A DNA stretch of 64,000 nt from an uncultured Candidatus Actinomarina sp. Lineage in GTDB: Bacteria; Actinomycetota; Acidimicrobiia; Actinomarinales; Actinomarinaceae. Positions 39,941-48,212 of the stretch are shown in pieces. Position numbers and translations under genes: made by a program. Where the stretch lies: positions 2,427-66,426 of the forward strand of contig CACJIM010000002.1 of the NCBI GenBank assembly GCA_902593475.1, written 5' to 3'. The first letter of the stretch is position 1. Every line of letters begins with the position of its first letter. Under the pieces are notes generated by a model that saw only the letters and a program-made list of their open reading frames with translations, was not told where the DNA came from and did no database searches.

Positions 39941-41185
39941 ATGAATATTCCTGAACTGCATCTTCCTACAGAAAACAAAGAGTTTATAAAAAATCCATAT
40001 GAAAAAATGGGAGAGTTCAGGGAAAGTACACCTGTATTCTGGGATGAAATTAATGATCTTTTCTTCTTTACTAGATATCATGATGTTAGAAGCATCCAAT
40101 CAACAAAATCATTTGGTACAACTTTTAATCATATAGATGGGTTTGAAGAATCAATTGGAAATCAACAAATACCAATCACTTCAACTGCTTATAAAAGATC
40201 TGATCAATTTGGATCGTATGAAAATTTTTGGAAATCTGAAGAGTTTTCACTATTAAATTTAGAAGGTCAGTTGCATAAAGAGCTTAGAGGCTTGGTTGCT
40301 AAAGCTTTTCTACCAAGGTCCGTACAACAATTAGTTCCTTTTATGGAACAAAAATCTGAAGAGTTATTTAATGGTCTCCAAGGTTCAGAATTTGATATGT
40401 TAAAAGATTATGCACAACCTTATTCTGTAAGTATTATTGGAAAACTTTTAGGGGTACCTGAAAGTGATCATTTAGAGTTTCTTGATTGGTCACACAAAAT
40501 TGTAAAAATGTACGATTTTGAAGTGACTGAAGAAAATGCTAATAAAGCCGAGGAAGCAGCAAAACAATTTATTGAATACACTCAAGACCTACTTAATAAA
40601 AGAAGGCAGAACCCTGAAGACGATATGATTACAAGATTGTCACAAGTCTCTGAAGATAATAATTATTTAACAGACGATCAAATTATTTGTACAGTTATCT
40701 TACTTCTTAATGCTGGACATGAAGCTACTGTTAACACTTTAGGCAATGGGCTTCACGCGCTATTAACTTTAGGAAAGTCATTTGAAGAAATAAAAAATGA
40801 AGCGGATGAAATTAATGATGTAGTAGAGGAGTTGATAAGGTTCGATAGTCCCTTACAATTTTTTCAACGATATGCCCTAGAAGATATTGAAATAGGCGGA
40901 CATGATATTAAAAAAGGCTCAAAAGTAGCAATTCTATTGGGCTCAGCCAATAGAGATCCCAGGGCTTTTGAAGAACCTGATACTATCAATTTTAAACGTG
41001 AAATGAAGGACCACAGTAGTTGGGGTGGTGGTATACACTTTTGTATTGGTACCCATTTAGCAAAATTAGAACTCGGAGTATCTTTTAACCATATACTTGA
41101 AAAAGAATTTAAATTAATAGAAGAGCCTTCAAGAACGGGTGCTTTCGGTATCAGAGGATTTAAAAATCTTTTGGTTTCAGTTTAA
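39941..41185 (+). CDS. Cytochrome P450 (bacterial, CYP107-like)
   Basis: LNAGHEAT (I helix), EELIRFDSP (ExxR), SANRDP, WGGGIHFCIG (heme Cys). Confidence 0.95.
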   Translation: MNIPELHLPTENKEFIKNPYEKMGEFRESTPVFWDEINDLFFFTRYHDVRSIQSTKSFGTTFNHIDGFEESIGNQQIPITSTAYKRSDQFGSYENFWKSEEFSLLNLEGQLHKELRGLVAKAFLPRSVQQLVPFMEQKSEELFNGLQGSEFDMLKDYAQPYSVSIIGKLLGVPESDHLEFLDWSHKIVKMYDFEVTEENANKAEEAAKQFIEYTQDLLNKRRQNPEDDMITRLSQVSEDNNYLTDDQIICTVILLLNAGHEATVNTLGNGLHALLTLGKSFEEIKNEADEINDVVEELIRFDSPLQFFQRYALEDIEIGGHDIKKGSKVAILLGSANRDPRAFEEPDTINFKREMKDHSSWGGGIHFCIGTHLAKLELGVSFNHILEKEFKLIEEPSRTGAFGIRGFKNLLVSV

Positions 41186-41599
41186 TTTTTCGATTTCAGG
41201 AATTAATTGATCAATATTATTAACAGTTACCGTCAGCATTCCTTCAACAAATAAGTTTCTATATCTTCTTTCATTAGCATTTATAGCTATAACTGGTTTC
41301 TCCTTTGCGTAGGTGTGGCCTATCTCTGCTGAAGTTCCTGAATCAATATCTTGACCAGTCAGAAGAGCAACCGTAAGGTCTGCAGCATCTAGTGCATCCA
41401 GATCATTTTTAAATATACGATCCTTGGTCTCCTGTGACATATCTGTACCCTTAAGTTCAGACTCATCAATACCTGTTTGGTCTCTGTGTGGAAGAAAGCA
41501 GTCGTAGCCATTTCCCTCAAGTTCTTTTGCAATATCTTCTAAATACATTTGCTCATGTTTATTAAAAAGTGGACCTGCGATATAAATTTTTTTAATCAT
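41177..41599 (-). CDS. Nucleoside 2-deoxyribosyltransferase family
   Basis: IYIAGPLF, FLPH, DSGTSAEIG. Confidence 0.88.
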   Translation of the reverse strand: MIKKIYIAGPLFNKHEQMYLEDIAKELEGNGYDCFLPHRDQTGIDESELKGTDMSQETKDRIFKNDLDALDAADLTVALLTGQDIDSGTSAEIGHTYAKEKPVIAINANERRYRNLFVEGMLTVTVNNIDQLIPEIEKLN

Positions 41600-41658
41600 A
41601 AAACCAAATTAGCAAAATTATTTAACCAATGTATTGCCAAATGATTTAAACTCCATGT

Positions 41659-42825
41659 ATGGGGAAATCTAAAAAGTATGGTATGAATACTAAAGCCCTT
41701 CATGCTAACAAACGTTTTGAACCAATAAGTGGAGACGTGATGCCTCCTCTTCACCTCTCTACAACTTATAAAAATGATGTGCCTGGTGAATCAGATTATT
41801 TTTATGGAAGAATTAACAATCCAACAAGAGAGTTGTTTGAAAGAACCTTGGCGTCACTTGAAGGTATTGAAAATTATGAGGAGCAGCATGCTTTTGCGAT
41901 GGCATCAGGAATGTCAGCTGTAAGCATAATTGCCGAACTAGCTAAACCTGGTGATAATGTTGTGATAACAAAAGATGTATACGGTGGAACTACAAATTAC
42001 TTTTCACGAATAATTAGAGATCGTGGAGTGGAAGTAAATTTCTGTGACTTTGCAGATCATGATGCTTTAGATAGCTTATTAAATGAAAAAACTAAACTCG
42101 TTTGGATAGAGTCACCATCCAATCCCTCAATGAAATTATATGATTTGCAAAAAATCTCTGACATAGTTCATCTATACGATGCTTTATTAGTTGCGGATAG
42201 TACTTTCTCAACGCCATTTATAACAAGGCCTTTTGAACATGGTGTAGATATTATTATGCATTCTACCACGAAATATATTGGTGGACATAGCGATACGCTA
42301 GGTGGAGCTGTTTTATGTAAAGATCCTGATTTGCATGAGACCTTGATGCTTTATCAAAGACAAGGTGGTGCAATTATGTCTCCTTTTGATGCTTACTTGG
42401 TGCAAAGAGGTCTATATACACTCGGACCAAGAATAAAACTTCATTCTGAAAATGCTCATAAATTAGCAGAATACTTAGATAGTTCTGAACACATAAAAGA
42501 AATTAGATATCCCGGATTAAGTAACTTCAAAAATCATGAAATTGCAGTTAAACAAATGGATTACTTCGGTGGAATGATGAGTTTTTATTTAGAAGAACAT
42601 ATAATTCAAGAAAAATTCTGGCAATCGCTAGATTTATATAAACTTGCTGTCAGTCTAGGCGGTGTTGAAACACTGATTGAGCTTCCTTATTTAATGACTC
42701 ATGATAAGGCTCAAGATACAGAAGCAAGCGCACCTGTTGACTTAATTAGAATCTCAGTCGGATTAGAAAACATCGAAGATTTGATTGAGGATATGGAATC
42801 TGCACTTAATGCAGCAAAAAAATAA
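41659..42825 (+). CDS. PLP-dependent Cys/Met transsulfuration enzyme (cystathionine gamma-synthase/lyase)
   Basis: YGRINNPT, ASGMSA, YGGT, IESPSNP, HSTTKYIGGHSD, AVSLGGVETL, RISVGLE. Confidence 0.93.
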   Translation: MGKSKKYGMNTKALHANKRFEPISGDVMPPLHLSTTYKNDVPGESDYFYGRINNPTRELFERTLASLEGIENYEEQHAFAMASGMSAVSIIAELAKPGDNVVITKDVYGGTTNYFSRIIRDRGVEVNFCDFADHDALDSLLNEKTKLVWIESPSNPSMKLYDLQKISDIVHLYDALLVADSTFSTPFITRPFEHGVDIIMHSTTKYIGGHSDTLGGAVLCKDPDLHETLMLYQRQGGAIMSPFDAYLVQRGLYTLGPRIKLHSENAHKLAEYLDSSEHIKEIRYPGLSNFKNHEIAVKQMDYFGGMMSFYLEEHIIQEKFWQSLDLYKLAVSLGGVETLIELPYLMTHDKAQDTEASAPVDLIRISVGLENIEDLIEDMESALNAAKK

Positions 42826-43768
42826 TCTAACTCCTAACTACTTCTCTTACGCAATATATTCTGTCATCGTTACTGCACTATTGTTCATTTTGTTTGGATC
42901 TAATGGGTGGGGACCTGCAGCTGAAAACGAACAAGCTATTGGTCAAATTTCAAGATGGTGTGAAAGGGTTAGTGGTGGTTTTTTTAGAGAACCAGCTAAT
43001 ACTTTGGGTAATTTGGGATTTGTTATTACTGGCCTCTATATGTTTTACAAACTATCAGATGACGCTACTAATAACAAAACTCCAATGTTTGGTTCATTTA
43101 AAATTGCACTTATATATGCATCCGCATCAACTTTTCTTGGTCCAGGGTCTATGGCAATGCATGGAACCCACACCAAGTTTGGTGCATGGTTAGATAATGT
43201 TTCAATGATAAGTTACATACTTGTCTTGTGGATTTATAACTTAAAGAGGTTAACGAAGTTTTCCAACAAAATTTATTTTTCAACGTATTCAATACTTTTA
43301 ATTTATTACGCATATAGTTACTGGTTTCTTGATTCAGGACTTGGAATAGGTGTAAATTTGTTTGAGTTGAGTATTGGTCTATGGATTGCTACTGAAGTTA
43401 TAATCAAGTTTCCAAATATGTATGGAAGGGTTCTGTCGGGAATCACGGTCCTTGTTATTCAACAATTATTTGGAAGTTCAGTAATTGATTCTTTGTCAAA
43501 CATTCAAGATAACTGGGAAATGGCTTTTTACTTTGCTCCTGCTTTAATTCCAAATTTAAGCAAAGACACCAATAGAAAGTATACACCTTGGTTCTTTATC
43601 GGGTTTGCGTCTTTCTTTGGAGCATTATTAATTTGGGGAACTGGTGTACCAGATCACCCATGGTGTAACCCTGACTCTTGGCTACAAGCTCATATGATTT
43701 GGCATTTGTTATGTGCAGTAGCAACTCTTAGTTTTTTTAATTTTTACAGAAATGAAACTACTCGGTAA
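42785..43768 (+). CDS. Ceramidase-domain (CREST superfamily) membrane hydrolase
   Basis: WCER..REPANTLGN, GPGSMAMHGT, QAHMIWH; multi-TM; start may be ATG 42809. Confidence 0.8.
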   Translation: MRIWNLHLMQQKNNLTPNYFSYAIYSVIVTALLFILFGSNGWGPAAENEQAIGQISRWCERVSGGFFREPANTLGNLGFVITGLYMFYKLSDDATNNKTPMFGSFKIALIYASASTFLGPGSMAMHGTHTKFGAWLDNVSMISYILVLWIYNLKRLTKFSNKIYFSTYSILLIYYAYSYWFLDSGLGIGVNLFELSIGLWIATEVIIKFPNMYGRVLSGITVLVIQQLFGSSVIDSLSNIQDNWEMAFYFAPALIPNLSKDTNRKYTPWFFIGFASFFGALLIWGTGVPDHPWCNPDSWLQAHMIWHLLCAVATLSFFNFYRNETTR

Positions 43769-44168
43769 AACTTAAGCTGTCTATCCAGGATGAAATTTCT
43801 TTAACAGTATTTCTGTAAACTTCTAAAGCGTGTTCATCAGAATCATAAGAAGACCTGCTGGGGTCTACAAAAGAATTGTGAATTCTGTTTTTTCCATTTG
43901 GAAACACTGGACACAGCTCATTAGCTGAATCACAAACTGTTAGTACATACTCAAACGGCTCATCAATAAACTTGTTTACTAATTTTGGATATTGAGTGCT
44001 TATATCAAACCCTTCTTCAGCCATTGCTTTTACAGCAAAAGGATTTACCACCTCTTCAGGTTTAGTTCCAGCAGAATAAATTTCATAGTCAGGATACTTG
44101 GTTCTTAAGAGACCTTCAGCAATTTGGGATCGACAGGTGTTGCCGGTACAGATAACAATTATTTTCAT
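43758..44168 (-). CDS. arsC: Arsenate reductase, thioredoxin-coupled LMW-PTP type
   Basis: ICTGNTCRSQIAEG, TVCD, CPVFP, FVDP. Confidence 0.9.
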   Translation of the reverse strand: MKIIVICTGNTCRSQIAEGLLRTKYPDYEIYSAGTKPEEVVNPFAVKAMAEEGFDISTQYPKLVNKFIDEPFEYVLTVCDSANELCPVFPNGKNRIHNSFVDPSRSSYDSDEHALEVYRNTVKEISSWIDSLSFTE

Positions 44169-44202
44169 GACCCTAGTTTAAATGAAAAATTAGAATAATA
44201 AT

Positions 44203-44499
44203 GTGGATACACAGGCCAACAAAGAACGTAAATTTACCCAGGCAATGGAAAAGTGGATAATGTACTTTATGTATGCATTGTTTGGGGGGTTGTTTTTCTT
44301 AATCTCTCTTCAAGGCTCTTGGAGTGAAGGTTTAATTTTATTTCCTATAGCAATCATTTCCTTACCTCTAACAAAATGGGGTATACGTTGGCAAAATGAG
44401 AGATATGTAAGAAGCGCACAAAATCAAGATGACTTAAAAATAGTTATGAATAAATTAGATGAAATTGATAAGAGATTATCAAAATTGGAGGAAAATTGA
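44203..44499 (+). CDS. Hypothetical 2-TM membrane protein
   Basis: Two hydrophobic helices plus coiled C-terminus; TAGAAT plus 6 nt before GTG. Confidence 0.65.
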   Translation: MDTQANKERKFTQAMEKWIMYFMYALFGGLFFLISLQGSWSEGLILFPIAIISLPLTKWGIRWQNERYVRSAQNQDDLKIVMNKLDEIDKRLSKLEEN

Positions 44500-44981
44500 T
44501 AAGTATTAAATTGATGCTGGAGCATATGGCATGGGCAAATCAAGAAATATATAAAGAGATTAAAAAGCTAGAAACAAAAGTTCTTGATTATTTTGTAATT
44601 GATCCAGAGTGGACTGTTCGAACAATAATGATACACATTGCTGGTGCATCACATTTATATGGTTCGCGATTAAATGGTGAACCCTTCTCACGTTTCGAAC
44701 TTAAAAGTACTGACGATTCGGAAATTATCGATGAATTGTTACTTGAGCTAAACAGGATTGATCAAAGTTTAATGAAGAATGTTGATAGAGAAGACGAAGA
44801 AGTAACCTATAAAACCTCTAAAGGTGAGGGTAAAAGTACAGTTTCTGAAATACTTTCCCAATTAATTTTTCATGCAGGAGAACATCGAGCTCAAATTGTT
44901 GCTGCCTTAGATAAGCACAACGAAAGATCTATCAACTTAGATAATTATTCTGTTTGGAGTTATGTTAATTCAACTAAGTAG
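44496..44981 (+). CDS. DinB-family protein
   Basis: HMAWAN, HIAGA, LIFHAGEHRAQI. Confidence 0.88.
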   Translation: MISIKLMLEHMAWANQEIYKEIKKLETKVLDYFVIDPEWTVRTIMIHIAGASHLYGSRLNGEPFSRFELKSTDDSEIIDELLLELNRIDQSLMKNVDREDEEVTYKTSKGEGKSTVSEILSQLIFHAGEHRAQIVAALDKHNERSINLDNYSVWSYVNSTK

Positions 44982-45279
44982 TTGAGTCTGATACCCATTT
45001 TTCATACTCAGGCAAAGTAAATACAGGTTCCAGTACTGTAATTTTTGGAAGTTCATAAGGATGTCTTTGCTTAACAACATCAACGACTTCTCTCATCAAA
45101 CTTTCTTTTGTATATAACGAAATTTCAATTTCTGAATCCTCGACCAATTCACCTTTCCACTTATAAGATGATTGGATTTCATGAAAAGTTCCACATGCAA
45201 TCTTATTTGTTTCAAGTAATAAATTGATTAAGTTTTTGGCTATCTTTTGCTCATCTACTGTAGTTTGAATTATTATCAT
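44974..45279 (-). CDS. cutA: Divalent-cation tolerance protein CutA
   Basis: IAC, SYKWKG, HPYELP, YEKW. Confidence 0.92.
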   Translation of the reverse strand: MIIIQTTVDEQKIAKNLINLLLETNKIACGTFHEIQSSYKWKGELVEDSEIEISLYTKESLMREVVDVVKQRHPYELPKITVLEPVFTLPEYEKWVSDSTT

Positions 45280-46115
45280 ATGTCTAAATTAAGTTCATTT
45301 GCTGTATATGACCAAAGTTTATCTCGGAGCTCGTGATTGTAAACTAATTTGTTGTGACGCATAAGTGCTGGTTCACCATAAATGCCAATTAGTTTTGGTG
45401 CATAAACTTGATCTGCTGTGATGTTTTCATCTTCAATTGCTCGAATAATTGGTGCGATTCCTGTGTTTATATTTGTAGAGAAATAGGTATAAAAAGACTT
45501 TTTAATTTTCTTAACTTCGTATGGTCTTGACTGTCTTGACTTTGTAACACCTGGATGAGCGGCGGAAACTGATATTGATGTTTTTTTTAGTTTATTCTCT
45601 AGCTCAATTGCAAACATTGATCTAAGTAGATTTGTGAAATTGTACCTAGTACTTGGAGAGAATGAATCTTTTGAATGTAGGTCACTTATATTGAATGTTC
45701 TTGCTAAATACATAGATAGGCTTGTGACTTGAACAATCCTTCCAGACCTTCTGTGTAGATTCTTCAATAACATCAGAGCTAATCTAAAAGAACCAAAGTA
45801 ATTTACAGCAACCATCGATTCGTAACCTTCTTCAGTTAGTTCAAAATCTCTGTAAATTAATCCTGCATTGTTATATAAAACATCAATCTCTGAATATTCT
45901 GAATTAATTTGATTCACAAACTGATTGATACTTGAAGGTTTTGATAAATCTAATTCCAAAAAAATTGCATTGCTGCCAAGAAACTCTTCTGCCATTTTTC
46001 CTTTTGTCGTATCTCTGCAAGCTAATATAACTCGATAATTTTTAGCAACTAAATCCTTTGCAACAGCTAAGCCAATACCTTTATTTGCACCAGTGATTAT
46101 TGCTGTTTTTGACAT
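45276..46115 (-). CDS. SDR-family oxidoreductase (retinol-dehydrogenase-like)
   Basis: TGANKGIG, ACRD, LDLS, NNAG, VNYFG, AHPG; catalytic motif reads YNFTN instead of YxxxK. Confidence 0.88.
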   Translation of the reverse strand: MSKTAIITGANKGIGLAVAKDLVAKNYRVILACRDTTKGKMAEEFLGSNAIFLELDLSKPSSINQFVNQINSEYSEIDVLYNNAGLIYRDFELTEEGYESMVAVNYFGSFRLALMLLKNLHRRSGRIVQVTSLSMYLARTFNISDLHSKDSFSPSTRYNFTNLLRSMFAIELENKLKKTSISVSAAHPGVTKSRQSRPYEVKKIKKSFYTYFSTNINTGIAPIIRAIEDENITADQVYAPKLIGIYGEPALMRHNKLVYNHELRDKLWSYTANELNLDI

Positions 46116-46152
46116 TATTTTATTTAGTTTATTAATACGTATAATTAAAGAA

Positions 46153-46374
46153 ATGTATTATTTATTAACTGGAATTATCGCTGTTTCAATTCTTCGATAT
46201 TTTAATCTAGTTCCAAAAATGACCAGTAAATTTTGGACATATGTCGATTATATATTAGCTCTTGCTGCATTTGTACTGTTGCTTTCAAGAATACCTCCAT
46301 TTTTTTCAGGTGTTTTGCTGACAGTTGTCGTGGGATATGCTTGGCGAAAAGGGTACTTCGATAAATTTCGTTAA
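46153..46374 (+). CDS. Hypothetical small membrane protein
   Basis: Hydrophobic; likely start ATG 46153 (ORF track 46093). Confidence 0.55.
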   Translation: MYYLLTGIIAVSILRYFNLVPKMTSKFWTYVDYILALAAFVLLLSRIPPFFSGVLLTVVVGYAWRKGYFDKFR

Positions 46375-47402
46375 GGAATTATCTCCAGTAAAAGATTAAC
46401 TGGCTGCGCTACCCATAAGTCAAACTCATTAATCATATCATCAGCTGATTTACCAAAATTAGTTTCAAAAGCTTTTTCAAAACCTAGGTTTTCAATTTGT
46501 GTCCAAAAGTCAACCCTGAATGTCTCTTCACTTGTGTTGTGAATTAAGTAGGCAACAAACCATGTAAGAATATCGTAGGAATTAAATTCTTCATCGTAAC
46601 CTAATTCTCTAAGGCTTTTGCCACTGTTAAGGTACGGGTTAATTGCTTCAGCTTTGTATTCCATTACTCGTTTTAGGTAACCTAAGTCCACATCAGGCTC
46701 CATAGAGTACCAATACTGTGCCATATATTCTGCTCCACCCTCCATTAAAAAAGGTACTTGGACCTCTCCTCCATTAAAATAAACATTTCTATTACTTGTT
46801 CTCCAGTCACCATCAGTATCTGGTGATTCCGGGATCGATAAATTTGTTTGTTGATAAACATGAAAGTATTCGTGAAGAACTACTGGTTTATAATCTTCTT
46901 CTTCAGGTCCTGGATATTTAGATGACATAATCAGAGCATTAAAGTAGTATCCAATGTCCTCTCTTATATAATTACTTACCGCAGCACCTCCGTCAGTTAT
47001 GTATCTATAAAAAGGTGACCAGCCATTTCCACTTTCATAAGGATCTCCATTAGCACAGTCCCACTGTTCATTCCAAGTTGGATCTTTTTCGGTTCGAACT
47101 TCACACCATTTGTCGTCTAAAGCTATAGTCTCTTCTTTTCCGGAGCCAACAATCCATATTTCAAGTGGTCCATAATTTCCCCAATAGCTAATTGCTTTAT
47201 TTACCCATTCAACAGTTAAATCAATAGTTGCTTGTGAGACATCCTCTGCCGCATAAACTTCTGGCTTCGCATCAGTGGCACCCCAAAATATACTCTTTTC
47301 TAAAACAGTTGTAGCTGTTTCTTCAGCAAAAGGTTCAAAATCTGACTCAGCAGTGCCACCGCACATTGACAAGATGAGTAAAAGAATAGGATATTTTTTC
47401 AT
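46371..47402 (-). CDS. Putative lipoprotein zinc metallopeptidase, CGGTAE-leader family member 2
   Basis: LSMC lipobox-like site; VLHEYFHVYQ (HExxH) and downstream EGGAEY. Confidence 0.7.
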   Translation of the reverse strand: MKKYPILLLILSMCGGTAESDFEPFAEETATTVLEKSIFWGATDAKPEVYAAEDVSQATIDLTVEWVNKAISYWGNYGPLEIWIVGSGKEETIALDDKWCEVRTEKDPTWNEQWDCANGDPYESGNGWSPFYRYITDGGAAVSNYIREDIGYYFNALIMSSKYPGPEEEDYKPVVLHEYFHVYQQTNLSIPESPDTDGDWRTSNRNVYFNGGEVQVPFLMEGGAEYMAQYWYSMEPDVDLGYLKRVMEYKAEAINPYLNSGKSLRELGYDEEFNSYDILTWFVAYLIHNTSEETFRVDFWTQIENLGFEKAFETNFGKSADDMINEFDLWVAQPVNLLLEIIP

Positions 47403-47536
47403 TCGTAATATTTATTGTTGTACACAAGCCACCTCACAGCAAACACAAATATAACTATAGAAAATAACATTGTCATATTGGGAAATAGATAGAGCAAAGT
47501 TATTGATCCAATTATTGTTGCAAGTATCACTAACAT
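47399..47536 (-). CDS. Unannotated 45-aa two-helix membrane peptide
   Basis: MLVILATIIGSITLLYLFPNMTMLFSIVIFVFAVRWLVYNNKYYE; ATG 1 nt after the upstream stop, TGA overlaps the next ATG. Confidence 0.65.
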   Translation of the reverse strand: MLVILATIIGSITLLYLFPNMTMLFSIVIFVFAVRWLVYNNKYYE

Positions 47537-47537
47537 C

Positions 47538-48203
47538 TTATTTTGAATCTGGTTTGAGAAAAGTTTTGTTTCTTCCTTGAACTAAATGATATCTCTCCAT
47601 TAATGCATCCTTGTCTGTCTCAACTGAGTCTGTTAGTTCTAACTCATCCATTAGTTCAAATCTTCTATTTTTATAATCAATCTTAGTTGGGACTACCGTA
47701 GCATCGAGAGCCTTCCCTATGTAGTGAAAACCAGTTTTAATAGTATGGTTCGTTTTCATTTCACCCTCAACTGTTAAATATAAAATGAATTTTTCTTTTG
47801 ATTTAAGCTGTTCGATAACTTGTAGTGTCACTCCTGTCGATTTTGCTCTCCAAACAGGAATTCCACCAAATTCTAAAAGTATTTTGTTTTGTATCTTTCC
47901 AAATGGATGTGGTATTCCAAGTTTGTCAGGATTTTTTTTGAAAGGAAGAGGTACGACTATTCGAGTGAACATGGAAACAGAACCAAGAAAATAAAATTTT
48001 AAATCAGTAGCTAAACATACTATGTATGCATAAATTGCATCAAACGTAGAAGAGTGTGGCGCAGAGGCAATAATAATTCTTTTTTTGTCAGGTAAAGCAC
48101 CTACGATATTCCAATTAACAAGTTTTAAAAGAAATCTTCCTATAGGCCCAAGTATCTTTCTTTTTTTGTTTGGGTGATTCTCGGTTTTAACGATTTGACT
48201 CAT
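47538..48203 (-). CDS. 1-acyl-sn-glycerol-3-phosphate acyltransferase family
   Basis: APHSSTFD (HX4D), GGIPVWR, KTGFHYI. Confidence 0.8.
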   Translation of the reverse strand: MSQIVKTENHPNKKRKILGPIGRFLLKLVNWNIVGALPDKKRIIIASAPHSSTFDAIYAYIVCLATDLKFYFLGSVSMFTRIVVPLPFKKNPDKLGIPHPFGKIQNKILLEFGGIPVWRAKSTGVTLQVIEQLKSKEKFILYLTVEGEMKTNHTIKTGFHYIGKALDATVVPTKIDYKNRRFELMDELELTDSVETDKDALMERYHLVQGRNKTFLKPDSK

Positions 48204-48212
48204 AACTTAATG

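Noticed and set aside
12648-44168. ErpA, thioredoxin-like, MsrA and ArsC as possible selenoproteins
   Set aside because: All have Cys at their redox motifs in uninterrupted ORFs and end in TAA or TAG; no in-frame TGA.
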